DNA of 64,000 bases from Dehalococcoidia bacterium (GCA_965232835.1 OZ247426.1:3996974-4060973); one strand, 5' to 3'. Positions 44,915 through 55,195 are shown, counted from the stretch's first letter. Notes: a model not told the origin generated them from the sequence alone. Program-made: numbers and translations.

Positions 44915-47764
44915 TCATTGCAACTCGGAAGGCGGCCGGTACGCGGGCCTCTTGCTCGCATAGCCCCAGCAGGCCACGCGACCATTGGATCTCACTGCAC
45001 AAGAAGCAATGTTGCCAACGCTAACATCCACAAAGTCTGTGTTCTCCGGTGTGGTGGAAGGAGACTGGTCCCCCCAGCAGTACGCCCGTCCGTCTGTTTT
45101 TATTCCACAGGTAGCCCCGTACATTGCTCTTTCTGCCATAACGCCGACTGCGACGAAGTCGGCATTTTCTGCATCACTGGGCTTCTTGATGCTGGCTTCA
45201 ATGCCCCAGCAGAGCATACTTCCGTCGGTTTTCACCCCACAGGCATAATGTTCGCCCACGCCTATGTCCCGGAAGCCGGTATTATCCTGCGGGAATCCAT
45301 TTGTCACCCCCTGGCTGCCCCAGCAAAACAGGGAGCTGTCCTGCTTCAACCCACAGAAATTGTCATCGCTGGACGATATGGCGGTGAAGGTCTTTGCTAC
45401 TTTATCGGCCCCGGTGATCTCACTTGGGAGATCGTCGATGGTTGTTTGAAGGCCCCAACAGATCATTTCACCGCTTATCTTCACTCCGCAGCTGACGCGG
45501 CTGCCGGCGACGACCAGGCGATAGTCGGTATTGGGGTTGGTCGCGTCGTCCGGGACTGTTGCCTCGCCCTGATTGTTTTCGTATTCAGCCCCCCAGCAGG
45601 CAATGCTACTATCCCGCCGCACGCCGCAGGCATGATAACCCTGCGGGCCCATGCTGATGCTGGTGAAGGAGCCAGTTGCCACCTTGTCAACACCGTATCC
45701 GTCACCATCCCAGCAGAGGACAGCGCCGTGGGGCTTCAGCACACAAGCGGAGCCATAGCCGACGGCAATGGTGTGTTCGGCGGTGGTCAGCGGCAGGGGC
45801 GGCGCCAGCGCCAGGACGGTATCCTTCCCCCAACAGCTCACTCCGCCGTCCAGTTTGATTCCACAGGTATAGAAATCTCCTGCCGCGATGGAGGCGAAAG
45901 CTCCGTCCGGGGCCTGTAGCTTCTCGTCGGCAGTGTCGCCCCAACACATCACCTCGCGGCTGCCCTCGACAATGCCGCAGGCGTGGGTCTTCGCCACCAC
46001 CAGGGAGGCGAACACCGCATCCTCAGTGACCTCGGTCCTGGGATTCATCGTGTCCCCCGACACGTTGCCCCAGCAGACCACACGTCCGCTGGCGTCCCGG
46101 GAGCAGGCAAAGTCCTCCCCAACCCCGAGGTCGTACGCCGGAATCAGTTCGGCCGGCGGTGCGGACGCATCGCCTGGGTCGGCGTTCATATCGTCGGGGG
46201 GAGGACCACCCCAGCAGACAACCAACCCGTCGGTCTTTCGCCCGCAGGCGTGATAATCACCTACGGCGAAAGCGATGAACGTAGCGTCGGGGACGGCCAG
46301 TTTGTCCTGGGCGGCATCGCCCCAGCAAACTACCGTGCCGTCGCTCTTGCTTCCGCAGGCGTGACCGGCGCCGGCCGCCACAGTGGAGAAGTCCGTGTTG
46401 CCCGACGGCGTGCTGGTGAACGCGCCCCAGCACGATACTGCGCCCCCAGAAGCCTTAACGGCGCAGGAAAAGTTCTTGCCGGCGGCCACCGTACCGAAGC
46501 CAGAATTGGACGCGGGAAGAGTGGTTTCTCCTTCCGTATCGTCGCCCCAGCAAACCAGGGTCCCGTCGGTTTTTGCGCCGCATGCATGGTCGTGGCCAAC
46601 ACTGACCGTGGCGAAACCGCTGGTGTCGGTGGGCGTATCGGTGCGGGCACCCCAGCAAACCAGGGTTCCATCGTCCTTGACCCCGCAGGCGTGGTCATTT
46701 CCCACACTAAGCATGTCGAACTCGGAGTTGCTGGCCGGGGTGTCCACACGACTGCCCCAGCAGACCACGCTGCCGTCGGTTTTGAGGCCGCACGCATGGC
46801 TGCCTGCGCTCACTGCCTCGAATAAATGACCCGATGGGGCAATGACCGGTGAGTCGGCTGCTCCGCCCCAGCATTGCACGGCCTGATCGGGAGTGATGGC
46901 GCAGGAGAAGTTGCTGCCGGCGGCTACCGACTGGCCCTGGGCAGGAGTGACCATCGGCAGCAATGAACCTGCTTCGCCTCGCGGGCCAGCTTCCCCCTGT
47001 GGGCCGGAGGGACCGGCAGGCCCCGGTGGACCGGCAACGCCGGGCGGGCCAGGCTCCCCTTGTGGCCCGGGTGAACCGGGCGGTCCGGCAGGCCCCCGCG
47101 GGCCGGAGGAACCGGAGGGACCGGCAGGCCCCGGTGGACCGGTTTCACCGGGTGGGCCGGGCTCCCCCTGTGGCCCGGGGGAACCAGGAGGCCCAGGAGA
47201 CCCCGCGGAGCCACCTCCGTCGCCGCTGGGGCCTTGAGGCCCCTGTGGACCGGCGGGTCCGGGAGAGCCACTTCCGCCGCCGCTGGGCCCTTGTGGCCCC
47301 TGCGGCCCAGGAGGCCCGGCGGGGCCGGTGTCTCCTGGCGGACCAGACGGGCCGCGTTCGCCGGCTATTCCGGGAACTCCTGTTGGGCCAGGAAGACCGT
47401 CCAAGCCGGGGGGGCCCTCAGGCCCTGAGAGACCACGATCTCCCCTGTCGCCCCTCTCTCCCTTTGGCCCGGGCACCCCGGTGGCTCCGGGAGGGCCCGG
47501 CGGCCCAGCAGAACCGGGAACTCCCATTGGGCCGGTGAGACCACGTGGGCCGGGCGGGCCCTCGGGGCCCATAAGACCGGGAGCACCCGTATCGCCCTTT
47601 TGTCCCGTCAGGCCGGGCACCCCCGTAGCCCCGGGAGATCCGGGCGGTGAGTCCGGAAACGCGTCGGTAGAATCCTCGCCAAGAAGGCCACATCCTGAGA
47701 CGAACAACGCTACAGCAAGTATTAGCAGCCTAGGAACTACGCGGCGTGGGGGAAAAGATTTCAC
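44915..47764 (-). CDS. lipoprotein with collagen-like triple-helix region fused to 17 RCC1-like repeats
   Basis: 949 aa. Lipobox FVSGC|G. About 70 G-X-Y triplets, which I count in runs of 40, 5 and 26. These are followed by 17 repeats of the form [AS]CG.K.DG..VCWG (CWG/CWD counted directly). Confidence 0.85.
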   Translation of the reverse strand: MKSFPPRRVVPRLLILAVALFVSGCGLLGEDSTDAFPDSPPGSPGATGVPGLTGQKGDTGAPGLMGPEGPPGPRGLTGPMGVPGSAGPPGPPGATGVPGPKGERGDRGDRGLSGPEGPPGLDGLPGPTGVPGIAGERGPSGPPGDTGPAGPPGPQGPQGPSGGGSGSPGPAGPQGPQGPSGDGGGSAGSPGPPGSPGPQGEPGPPGETGPPGPAGPSGSSGPRGPAGPPGSPGPQGEPGPPGVAGPPGPAGPSGPQGEAGPRGEAGSLLPMVTPAQGQSVAAGSNFSCAITPDQAVQCWGGAADSPVIAPSGHLFEAVSAGSHACGLKTDGSVVCWGSRVDTPASNSEFDMLSVGNDHACGVKDDGTLVCWGARTDTPTDTSGFATVSVGHDHACGAKTDGTLVCWGDDTEGETTLPASNSGFGTVAAGKNFSCAVKASGGAVSCWGAFTSTPSGNTDFSTVAAGAGHACGSKSDGTVVCWGDAAQDKLAVPDATFIAFAVGDYHACGRKTDGLVVCWGGPPPDDMNADPGDASAPPAELIPAYDLGVGEDFACSRDASGRVVCWGNVSGDTMNPRTEVTEDAVFASLVVAKTHACGIVEGSREVMCWGDTADEKLQAPDGAFASIAAGDFYTCGIKLDGGVSCWGKDTVLALAPPLPLTTAEHTIAVGYGSACVLKPHGAVLCWDGDGYGVDKVATGSFTSISMGPQGYHACGVRRDSSIACWGAEYENNQGEATVPDDATNPNTDYRLVVAGSRVSCGVKISGEMICWGLQTTIDDLPSEITGADKVAKTFTAISSSDDNFCGLKQDSSLFCWGSQGVTNGFPQDNTGFRDIGVGEHYACGVKTDGSMLCWGIEASIKKPSDAENADFVAVGVMAERAMYGATCGIKTDGRAYCWGDQSPSTTPENTDFVDVSVGNIASCAVRSNGRVACWGYASKRPAYRPPSELQ
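46957..47644 (-). repeat. collagen-like G-X-Y coding repeat
   Basis: [22 protein letters not shown]...[14 protein letters not shown], interrupted at GGGSGS and GDGGGSAGS. It accounts for the Pro/Gly/Arg-rich shadow ORFs on both strands here. Confidence 0.8.
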
Positions 47765-48604
47765 TTATGCCAGACCTACGATAAGGAAGGGGTGGGTTTT
47801 ACCAGCAATATGGAGAGGGTTTCGGCGTAGGACGACATCAGTACGAGTAATTCGAGCTGTTCATGGCGATGGCGATGGCGGTCATGTTGGCGAAGCTGTC
47901 TGAGTCGCTGGTTGTCCCGGTCAGGAAGTCGGTACGCAAAGTCGCGCCGGCCAGCCTGAAGAATCGGTCGCGCCGAGCAGGGCCGTGAAGGCAGAGAAAA
48001 GCCGTACTTAACGGTGGCGAGAGACGGACAGCGAGGGCTGGGACGGCACAAAGTCACGCTGGCAGACTGAGCGAGGCCCTGACATATTGGTCTTATAGTA
48101 TCGCTAACCACAGAATATTAGGTCGAATCGAATCGATGTATGTGCATACTCGCTGGGTGACTATAGCACTAAAATCATCAATTTAGTGTATTATTTAAAG
48201 GTATTACAGTATCCTTAGTGTCATATTCACTGCCCTGGCGGGGCGACCCTTTCCAGGAATTAACCGGCGAGGGCCGCCCGTTTCCCTGCGGAGGGCATCG
48301 TGGCGGTGGCCTCGGGTGCCCGCACGCCCACCCGACAGTCCTCTCGTATCCGGAGCCGCATAGCGCATTTGGACAGCATGGGATGGCTCCACAGCTGCGT
48401 CGTTCCTGTCCGTCGACACGTCCAACGAACCAGGCTCAGATTCGTGGCTCGACTCGGCGATCCCGGCGCTCAGCATTACGTTCATCAATTCAGAATATCC
48501 AAATTGCCGGCTATGATATCCTTATCGTAACCCCAGCCCTGTGTAGGGCTGATATTTCGGAGCGCATCTGGGGGGGCGTTGAGGGGCCCAGGAGGAGAAG
48601 CCAA

Positions 48605-50959
48605 GTGAGCAGCAACAGCCAACCGGAGCGGGAGATCGAGGCTCTGCGGGAGCGGATCGCCGCCCTCTCCAATGCCATCCTGCGGGTGAACGCCAGCCTG
48701 GACGTCGACACCGTGCTACACGAAATTGCCGAGTCCGCTTGTGCACTGACCGGCGCTCGCATCGCGGTCATTGTCACCATTGACGAGACCCGGGCTCTGG
48801 AACACGTCGTCAGGTTCGGCTTCTCGCCGGAGGAGACGCAGCAGATGATGGAGTGGAGCGACGGCCTACGGATCTTCGATGTCCTGCGGGACGTTCCGTC
48901 TTACCAGCGGGTGAACGATATGCCCGCCTATATCGCGTCCCTGGGCTTCAACACCGACAACGTGTTCATCCGAACCTTCCTGGGGGGGCCCATGCACCAC
49001 CGGGGCGTACAGGTGGGCAGCTTCTTCCTGGGTGAGAAGCAGACCGGCCCCGAGTTCACCGACGGGGACGAGGAGGTGCTGACGCTTTTCGCGGCGCAGG
49101 CGGCCTCGGCGGTGGCCAACGCCCGCACCCACCGGGACGAGCAGGGAGCGCGAGCGGACCTGGAGGCCCTGATCGAGACCTCGCCGGTGGGCGTGGTGGT
49201 GTTCGACGCCCGCAGCGGGCGGCCGGTGTCGATGAACCGTGAAGTGAGGCGCTTGGTCGGGGGCCTGCTCCCGGTGGGCCGCCCGACAGAGGACCTGGTT
49301 CAGGTGGCCACCTGCCGCTTTTCCGACGGGACCGAAATCGTGGTCAGCGAGTTGACAATGCCCCAGGTACTGGCTAGCGCCCGGACGCTGCGGGCCGAGG
49401 AGATAGTGATCTCGGTCCCCAATAGAGGCAGCGTCACCACGCTGGTCAACGTGACTCCCATCATCCCCGCCGACGGCAATGACATTAAGTCAGTGGTGGT
49501 CACGCTGCAGGATCTGGCGCCGCTCCAGGAACTGGAACGGCTGCGGGCGGACTTCCTCGGCATGGTGAGCCACGAGTTGCGGGGTCCGCTCACGGCCATC
49601 AAGGGTTCGGCCGCCACCCTGATGGAGGAATCCGACCGGCTGGACCCGGCGGAGCAGCACGAGTTCCATCGCATTATCCAGGAGCAGGCCGACCACATGC
49701 GGGGGCTCATCGGCGACCTGCTGGATGCCGGGCGCATCGAGGCGGGCACCCTGTCGGTGGCTCCCGAGCACTCCGAGGTGGCCGCGCTGGTGGAGGGCGC
49801 GCGCAGCACCTTCCTGTCCGCTGGCGGACGGCATACCGTGATCATCGACCTGCCGCCGGACCTGCCCCGCGTGATGGCCGACCGGCGGCGCATAGTGCAG
49901 GTGCTGAACAACCTGCTCTTCAACGCCGCCCGGCACTCGCCCGACTCTGCCCCCATTCGGGTTGAGGCCGTGCGCGACGGCTCGCAAGTTGCCATCTCGG
50001 TCCGGGACGAGGGGCGGGGTGTGGCCCCTGAGCAGCTGCCTCACCTGTTCCGCAGGTACGCCCTCGACGACGAGGTCGGCGGCCGGGCGATGGCTGGCAT
50101 GGGCCTGGGGCTCATCATATGCCGGGGGCTGGTCGAGGCCCACGGCGGCCGCATCCGGGCCGAAAGTGGCGGGACCGGTCAGGGCGCCCGGTTCACCTTC
50201 ACCTTACCCGTGGCCGAGGATGCCCGACAGAGCGAGCCCTCAGCCCTGGCACCGTTGCCCGGCACACCTCCGGCGAGCGAGACTGCCCGCATCCTGGTGG
50301 TGGACGACGACCCGCAGACCCTGCGCTACGTGCGCCACACGCTCACCGAGGCGGGCTATGCCGTGGCAGTGACGGGCGACCACGAGCACCTCTCCCGCAC
50401 CGTCCGCGCCGAGAGGCCGCACCTGGTCCTGCTCGACCTGGTGCTGCACGGCGCCGACGGCATCGAGCTGCTGAGAAGCGTCCCCGAGCTGGCCGGTCTG
50501 CCGGTGGTATTCATCTCTGGCTACGGACGGGACGAGACCGTCGCCGAGGCCCTGAGGGCTGGGGCCGCCGACTACCTGGTCAAGCCCTTCTCGTCCACCG
50601 AGCTGACTGCTCGCGTGGGGGCGGCGCTGCGCCGGGCCACCCGCCCCGAGCCCTTCGCCTTGGGAGAGTTGGCCATCTATTACGAGGATCGTCGGGTGAC
50701 AGTGGCCGGTCGCCCGGTCGAGCTGACCGCGACGGAATACGCGCTTCTGCGCCTGCTCTCGCAGAACTCGGGACGTGTGGTGGATTACGAAACCCTGCTG
50801 GGCCAGGTCTGGAGCGGACGCAAGGAGGGGCAGGTCAACCTGGTGCGCAACTTCGTCAGGAAGCTCCGGGCCAAGCTGGGCGACGACGCCCAGAGCCCGG
50901 CATGGATATTCAGTGTGCGCGGCATCGGTTACCGCATGCCCGACCCGCGCGACCCCTGA
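48605..50959 (+). CDS. fused two-component protein: GAF-PAS-HisKA-HATPase_c-REC-OmpR/PhoB winged-helix
   Basis: ORF 48218..50959 trimmed to the in-frame GTG at 48605, about 9 nt after AGGAGGAG. H-box FLGMVSHELRGPLTAI. G-boxes RDEGRGV and GMGLGL. REC: ILVVDDDPQTL...HLVLLDLVLHGADG...KPF. Trans_reg_C: ELTATEYALLRLL...LVRNFVRKLRAKLGDD...IFSVRGIGYRM. Confidence 0.8.
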   Translation: MSSNSQPEREIEALRERIAALSNAILRVNASLDVDTVLHEIAESACALTGARIAVIVTIDETRALEHVVRFGFSPEETQQMMEWSDGLRIFDVLRDVPSYQRVNDMPAYIASLGFNTDNVFIRTFLGGPMHHRGVQVGSFFLGEKQTGPEFTDGDEEVLTLFAAQAASAVANARTHRDEQGARADLEALIETSPVGVVVFDARSGRPVSMNREVRRLVGGLLPVGRPTEDLVQVATCRFSDGTEIVVSELTMPQVLASARTLRAEEIVISVPNRGSVTTLVNVTPIIPADGNDIKSVVVTLQDLAPLQELERLRADFLGMVSHELRGPLTAIKGSAATLMEESDRLDPAEQHEFHRIIQEQADHMRGLIGDLLDAGRIEAGTLSVAPEHSEVAALVEGARSTFLSAGGRHTVIIDLPPDLPRVMADRRRIVQVLNNLLFNAARHSPDSAPIRVEAVRDGSQVAISVRDEGRGVAPEQLPHLFRRYALDDEVGGRAMAGMGLGLIICRGLVEAHGGRIRAESGGTGQGARFTFTLPVAEDARQSEPSALAPLPGTPPASETARILVVDDDPQTLRYVRHTLTEAGYAVAVTGDHEHLSRTVRAERPHLVLLDLVLHGADGIELLRSVPELAGLPVVFISGYGRDETVAEALRAGAADYLVKPFSSTELTARVGAALRRATRPEPFALGELAIYYEDRRVTVAGRPVELTATEYALLRLLSQNSGRVVDYETLLGQVWSGRKEGQVNLVRNFVRKLRAKLGDDAQSPAWIFSVRGIGYRMPDPRDP

Positions 50960-51264
50960 TGGGCCGGCGCTTGCTGGTTGGACCCAAACAAGGCCGCGCC
51001 GAATCCGAACGAGGCCGGCGCCGTCCCGATCGGGAAAATATATCTACCGCGTTAACCTGGCTCCTCGCGTCGACAATGCCCTGTTTCTCAATCAACCTGG
51101 ATTCAACCCGGTCGCGGCAGGTCAATTGATTCGGCTCGCGGAGCCCATCCAACTTCCACAGGCATGACCATTTGCCGAACGTCAAAACCCGCCATTCATG
51201 GCCGGCAATTCCCGTCTCACTCTGTCCAGCTGGCGGACATGGCCCCAACTGAAACTACGCAGAA

Positions 51265-51474
51265 ATGTCCCCAGAGTGGACGGGCGCCCTCACGGGCATA
51301 CCCCAGCACTCGCCCGGTACTAGCAGTGCACAACGCGGTGGCGTCGTCTATTCAGCCGCCCTCTGCCAACGCCGATGCCGTCAGGGTCAGCTTCTTACCC
51401 TGGACCGGCATTTCGAAGGGGTTCACCCTCCAGGGGACCGAATCGCTGGCAGGAGAGCCGGGATTCTCACTTAA
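51265..51474 (+). pseudogene. possible PIN-domain (VapC-like) C-terminal remnant
   Basis: The frame reads ...GGVVYSAALCQRRCRQGQLLTLDRHFEGV. Compare the common PIN C-terminus D.vY.AlA.r.g.pLLTLDr.f. The upstream region has no coherent frame. Confidence 0.3.
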
Positions 51475-51552
51475 CTCAGCCCTCATCCTGTCCAAATAAT
51501 GGGGTCCACCTCACATCAAAGTCAGTCTTAATCGGGACTTATGATGCAAACC

Positions 51553-51640
51553 CCAGTCCCTCTGAAGGGGAGGGAATCCTGCAACTCCCGTGGCAGAACG
51601 CCCACGCCCAAGCCCTCTCCCGAAGGGAGAGGGCTTGGGC
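51553..51640. repeat. two family B hairpins; the second has a perfect 16-bp stem
   Basis: The first is tccctc-tgaa-ggggaggga. The second is gcccaagccctctccc-gaa-gggagagggcttgggc (51606-51640). Both lie ~30-120 nt downstream of the LLM gene stop (51673, minus strand). Confidence 0.6.
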
Positions 51641-51672
51641 GAAACGGGAATCTCCTCGCCGGTACAGGAGGA

Positions 51673-52872
51673 CTAGGCGGCCTCATAGGGTTGCAGTTGG
51701 ATCTCCTTGAGGGCCGGGATGACCTCTTTGCCCAGCAGTTCGATGGAGCGCATGCAGTCCTCGTGAGGCATGGGGCCCTCGTTGCCGTAGATCAGCAGGT
51801 AGCCGGGGTTGAGCTTCTCCACAACCCACTGCAGCTGCTCGATCACAGAGTCGGGCGAGCCGACAATGATGGTGCGGTGGTCCTTCTGCAGATCGTAGGA
51901 CTGGGGGTCTCCAGCGTTGCCGGCAAATGCGCCGGAGGGCCGGCTGCGCTTGATCTGGAGGGCCTGGCGGGACTGGTAGCCTGGCGGGTCGACGTGCTCG
52001 CGGGGACCGCGCTGGCGATGTCCCTCGGTCCACACGAAGTTACGTCCGATTTCATCGGCCTTCTCGTCAGTGTCGGCGACAAAGACCTTTAGCAGGTAGC
52101 CGAAGTGCTCGGGTCCGGGCTGGTAGCCCGCTTCAAGTGCGGTGTCGATGTAGATGCTCTTGAGCCACTCGGTGGTCTCCATGACTGCGCCGAGGTTCAT
52201 GTACGGGTGGCCGTGCTGCGCCGCCCAGACCACGCTCTCGGGGCTGCCGGTGCCGGGGAACCAGATGTCGGGCCGGGGCTGCTGCATGGGCAGCACCCAG
52301 GGATTGACTGCCCGGTACTGGTAGTACTTGCCCTCGTAGCGGAAGGGTCCTGGCGTGGTCCAGCATTTCACGATGAGGTCGTGGGCCTCTTCAAACCGTT
52401 CCCGGTTCTGCGTCGGGTCGATGCCGGCCTGCAGGGTCTCGACGGCGCCGCCGCGCACGAAGCCGGAGATGATCCGACCGCCGGAGTAGCAGTCCAGCAT
52501 GGCGATCTCCTCGGCCATGCGGATGGGGTCGTTGACGGCGATAACGTTACCCAGGATGGCGATCTTGGCCTGCTTGGTCACCTTGGCGATGACGGCGGCG
52601 TCCAGGTTCACGGCTGGCTTGCCGCACCAGTAGGCAGCGTGGTGCTCGTTGGTCATGATGCCGTCGAACCCGACCTCGTCGGCCAGGGCATACTGGTCGT
52701 GGTACTCGTTGTACAGGATGTGGGCCTTGTCCGGGTCGAAGAACGTGTTGGGGAAACCCAGGCGTCCCGAGTCGAACTGTTCCAGCTGGGCGTCGCCGAC
52801 GTACCCCTGGGGTTGCTCGGAGAACCAGTAGACCTCCACCTGGTCTTTGGGGCGGGCCAGTTGATCAACCAT
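51673..52872 (-). CDS. LLM-class flavin/F420-dependent oxidoreductase
   Basis: 399 aa. ...ADEVGFDGIMTNEHH...KIAILGNVIAVNDPIRMAEEIAMLDCYSGGRIISGFVRG... Confidence 0.85.
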   Translation of the reverse strand: MVDQLARPKDQVEVYWFSEQPQGYVGDAQLEQFDSGRLGFPNTFFDPDKAHILYNEYHDQYALADEVGFDGIMTNEHHAAYWCGKPAVNLDAAVIAKVTKQAKIAILGNVIAVNDPIRMAEEIAMLDCYSGGRIISGFVRGGAVETLQAGIDPTQNRERFEEAHDLIVKCWTTPGPFRYEGKYYQYRAVNPWVLPMQQPRPDIWFPGTGSPESVVWAAQHGHPYMNLGAVMETTEWLKSIYIDTALEAGYQPGPEHFGYLLKVFVADTDEKADEIGRNFVWTEGHRQRGPREHVDPPGYQSRQALQIKRSRPSGAFAGNAGDPQSYDLQKDHRTIIVGSPDSVIEQLQWVVEKLNPGYLLIYGNEGPMPHEDCMRSIELLGKEVIPALKEIQLQPYEAA

Positions 52873-53007
52873 TGTTTCCTCCTGGTTAAATTATCAGCAA
52901 GTTTTACTTTGACGAATCGGCCATCTCTTTGGGGATTTCCGCTGGCCGATGAATGACACGAATATCACCAATAGGTGCGTGCCAGGGACATTATATTACA
53001 GGGAATT

Positions 53008-53236
53008 TGTCTGAATCAGGATTCACAGGATTTGAGGATGAGCAGGATTGGGAACCTACTGGAATTTCGTTTAACGCAAAAATCCTGCTTCAGTTGGAGC
53101 GCGAATTACACGCCCATCGGGGTCGTGGAATGCGGGAAGAGGTTCTGCTGCGGTTGCACTGATTGCCGCGCGGACATCACCCCCACCCTAACCCTCCCCC
53201 TAATGGGGAGGGGACTTGCGTCAAGGGGAGGGAATT
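53008..53236. repeat. family A unit followed by family B unit
   Basis: tgtctgaatcaggattcacaggatttgaggatgagcaggatt (53008-53049) with the partner aaaatcctgcttcag (53079-53093). Then atcacccccaccctaaccctccccc-taat-ggggagggg (53177-53215), which is near-identical to 32589-32626. Confidence 0.55.
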
Positions 53237-53246
53237 TTCCGTGTTG

Positions 53247-54149
53247 CTAGCGGACTTTGACGTACCTTGTTGCGAGGCCCTTGCTGGCGTCGGTGGCTCC
53301 GCCGCTGACGAGGTAGATGTCGCCGTGAGCATCGGGCCAGACCTGGTGGCTGCGGGGTGTCATCCAGCTGGCCAGCACTTTGCCGGAGCCGTCGCGGACG
53401 GTCAGCAGGTTCTCCACGGCGTCGCCGCTCTCCCGCTCGGCCAGGTAGAACAGTCCATCGCGCCCGATGTGTATATCGGTGGGGAGCTGCACGTTGGTCC
53501 ATTGGGTGACGAACTCACCCTCCGAGTCGAACACCTGGACGCGGTTGTTGTTGCGGTCGCAGACATAGACTAGCCCGTCGCTGCTGACCCACAGGCAGTG
53601 CGGCGAGTAGAACGCGCCGGGACCGTCGCCGCCGGGCCGGCCCCACGACGCGATGAACTGCCCGTCGGCGGCGAAACGGTGGACGCGACAGTTGCGGTAG
53701 CCGTCGGAGGCGTACAGGTCGCCGGAGGGCGACGGCGATAGGCGCGTGGGCCGGTTGAACGGTCCGCCGGCACGGAGGACGATGCCCTCGTCCTCGAAAC
53801 AGCCCGTGTCCGAGGGCTGACCTCGGTTGCCGACCTCCAACAGTACCTCGCCGGCCGTTGACAGCTTCATGGCCACGTGGGCACCCCGGTCGGCCAGGTA
53901 AATCACGTCGTCGGGGCCGATGTACATTGTGTGCGGCTCCACCACATACCCTGTCCCCCACGAGTCGATGTAACTACCTTCCCGGTCGAACACCAGCACC
54001 GGCGGGTCCTGCTGCTGCTGGCAAAGGTAGACCCGGTCCTGCGAGTCGACCACCACGCCGGTCACGACGCCTGCGGCCATGCCATCGGGCAAACGGCCCC
54101 ACCCGGTATCAACCTGGAACCTGAAATCGCCGGCCTCGATCAGAGCCAT
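53247..54149 (-). CDS. NHL-repeat beta-propeller protein (peptidyl-alpha-hydroxyglycine lyase-like)
   Basis: 300 aa. Repeated blades, e.g. DLYASDGYRNCRVHRFAADGQFIASWG and LVYVCDRNNNRVQVFDSEGEFVTQW. Confidence 0.7.
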   Translation of the reverse strand: MALIEAGDFRFQVDTGWGRLPDGMAAGVVTGVVVDSQDRVYLCQQQQDPPVLVFDREGSYIDSWGTGYVVEPHTMYIGPDDVIYLADRGAHVAMKLSTAGEVLLEVGNRGQPSDTGCFEDEGIVLRAGGPFNRPTRLSPSPSGDLYASDGYRNCRVHRFAADGQFIASWGRPGGDGPGAFYSPHCLWVSSDGLVYVCDRNNNRVQVFDSEGEFVTQWTNVQLPTDIHIGRDGLFYLAERESGDAVENLLTVRDGSGKVLASWMTPRSHQVWPDAHGDIYLVSGGATDASKGLATRYVKVR

Positions 54150-54155
54150 GGTCTC

Positions 54156-54929
54156 TCACCCCCTCCCGATGTAGGGCATCTTGGTGGCCATGATTGTCAT
54201 GAACTGGACGTTAGTGTCGAGGGGCAGGTTGGCGATGTATACCACCTGCTGGGCCACGTGCTGGACGTCGAAACGAGGTTCGACCATGACATCGCCAGTG
54301 GGCTGGAGAATGCCGCGCTCCATGGGCGCGGTCATTTCCGTGGCCGCGTTGCCGATGTCTATCTGGCTGCAGGCGATGTTGTACTTGCGTCCGTCCAGAG
54401 ACGTGGCCTTGGTCAGGCCCATCACTCCGTGCTTGGTGGCGGTGTAGGGCGCGCTGTTGGGACGGGGCACGTAGGCGGAGATGGAGCCGTTGTTGATGAT
54501 GCGCCCGCCCATGGGGTCCTGGCCCTTCATGATCCTGATTGCCTCCTGGGTGCAGAGGAATGTGCCGGTCAGGTTCGCGTTGACCACAGTCATCCACTGC
54601 TCGAAGGTCAGGTCCTCCATGTTCACCGGCGGCGACGAGCTGCCGGCGTTGTTGAACAGGACGTCCAGCCGTCCTCCAAAGGCGTTGCGGGTACGGGCGA
54701 ACAACTGGGCCACTGAATCAGGGCTGCCGACGTCGGTGGCCACCGCGATGGCGCGGCCCCGGTGTTCCTCGGACTCGGCGCCGGCCGCCTCCAGAGTTGT
54801 TTCCAGCGTGTCTATCCTTCGGCCGGCCAGGGCAACCGAGTAGCCGTCGCGCAGCAGGGCCAGGGCGGAAGCCCGGCCTACTCCGGAACCCGCGCCTGTG
54901 ACTATGGCGACCCGTCCAAGAGATTTCAT
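54156..54929 (-). CDS. SDR-family oxidoreductase
   Basis: 257 aa. [14 protein letters not shown] (TGxxxGxG), NNAG, and the Y..ATK active-site context (YTATKHGV). Confidence 0.85.
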   Translation of the reverse strand: MKSLGRVAIVTGAGSGVGRASALALLRDGYSVALAGRRIDTLETTLEAAGAESEEHRGRAIAVATDVGSPDSVAQLFARTRNAFGGRLDVLFNNAGSSSPPVNMEDLTFEQWMTVVNANLTGTFLCTQEAIRIMKGQDPMGGRIINNGSISAYVPRPNSAPYTATKHGVMGLTKATSLDGRKYNIACSQIDIGNAATEMTAPMERGILQPTGDVMVEPRFDVQHVAQQVVYIANLPLDTNVQFMTIMATKMPYIGRG

Positions 54930-55030
54930 TTCATTTCCTCCATTGTGGAGTACCTGTCTTTGTGTGCCAGTTTACTCTCACTCTGCAAGAGTGTGGAATC
55001 CGGGCAGCGTCGAGGGAGTGCGAAGCATTA

Positions 55031-55136
55031 TCTGAATCAGGACTTACAAGATTCGAGGATTAGCGGGATGGATCTGAAATCCTGTGGCGCGGCCTCAATT
55101 GTGAAAATCCCTTAATCTTGTAAATCCCGATTCAGA
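55031..55136. repeat. family A element with 23-bp imperfect terminal inverted repeats (21/23)
   Basis: tctgaatcaggacttacaagatt (55031-55053) against the reverse complement of aatcttgtaaatcccgattcaga (55114-55136). It sits in the divergent SDR/MDR promoter region. Confidence 0.65.
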
Positions 55137-55195
55137 CAATTGCCGCAGACATCGGAAAGGCTATACTTGCAAAAACAAAGGTGAAGAGGTGAACC

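Noticed and set aside
44567-45919. 450-aa plus-strand ORF, and the other long plus-strand ORFs at 45983..47903.
   Set aside because: They are antisense to the collagen/RCC1 gene. The periodic G-X-Y and CWG repeats on the minus strand explain the open frames.
46957-47644. Highly periodic nucleotide repeats, checked as a possible CRISPR or other non-coding array.
   Set aside because: The periodicity is 9 nt (G-X-Y codons) within one long ORF. There is no repeat-spacer structure. No CRISPR array was seen anywhere in the window.
48218-48604. First 129 codons of ORF 48218..50959.
   Set aside because: The composition is non-protein-like (Pro/Arg/Ser/Gly-rich) and there are no domains. The in-frame GTG at 48605 has a strong AGGAGG and precedes the GAF-like domain.
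50119-51129. 336-aa Arg/Pro/Gly-rich plus-strand ORF, and 11098..11940 on the minus strand.
   Set aside because: These are out-of-frame or antisense readings of the kinase-regulator and LLM genes. Their extreme composition is not protein-like.
52975-53250. 91-aa ORF (MRARDIILQGICLNQDSQDLRMSRIGNL...), and similar small ORFs at 26740..26961 and 28988..29233.
   Set aside because: They are translations of dispersed repeat families A, B and C, not genes.
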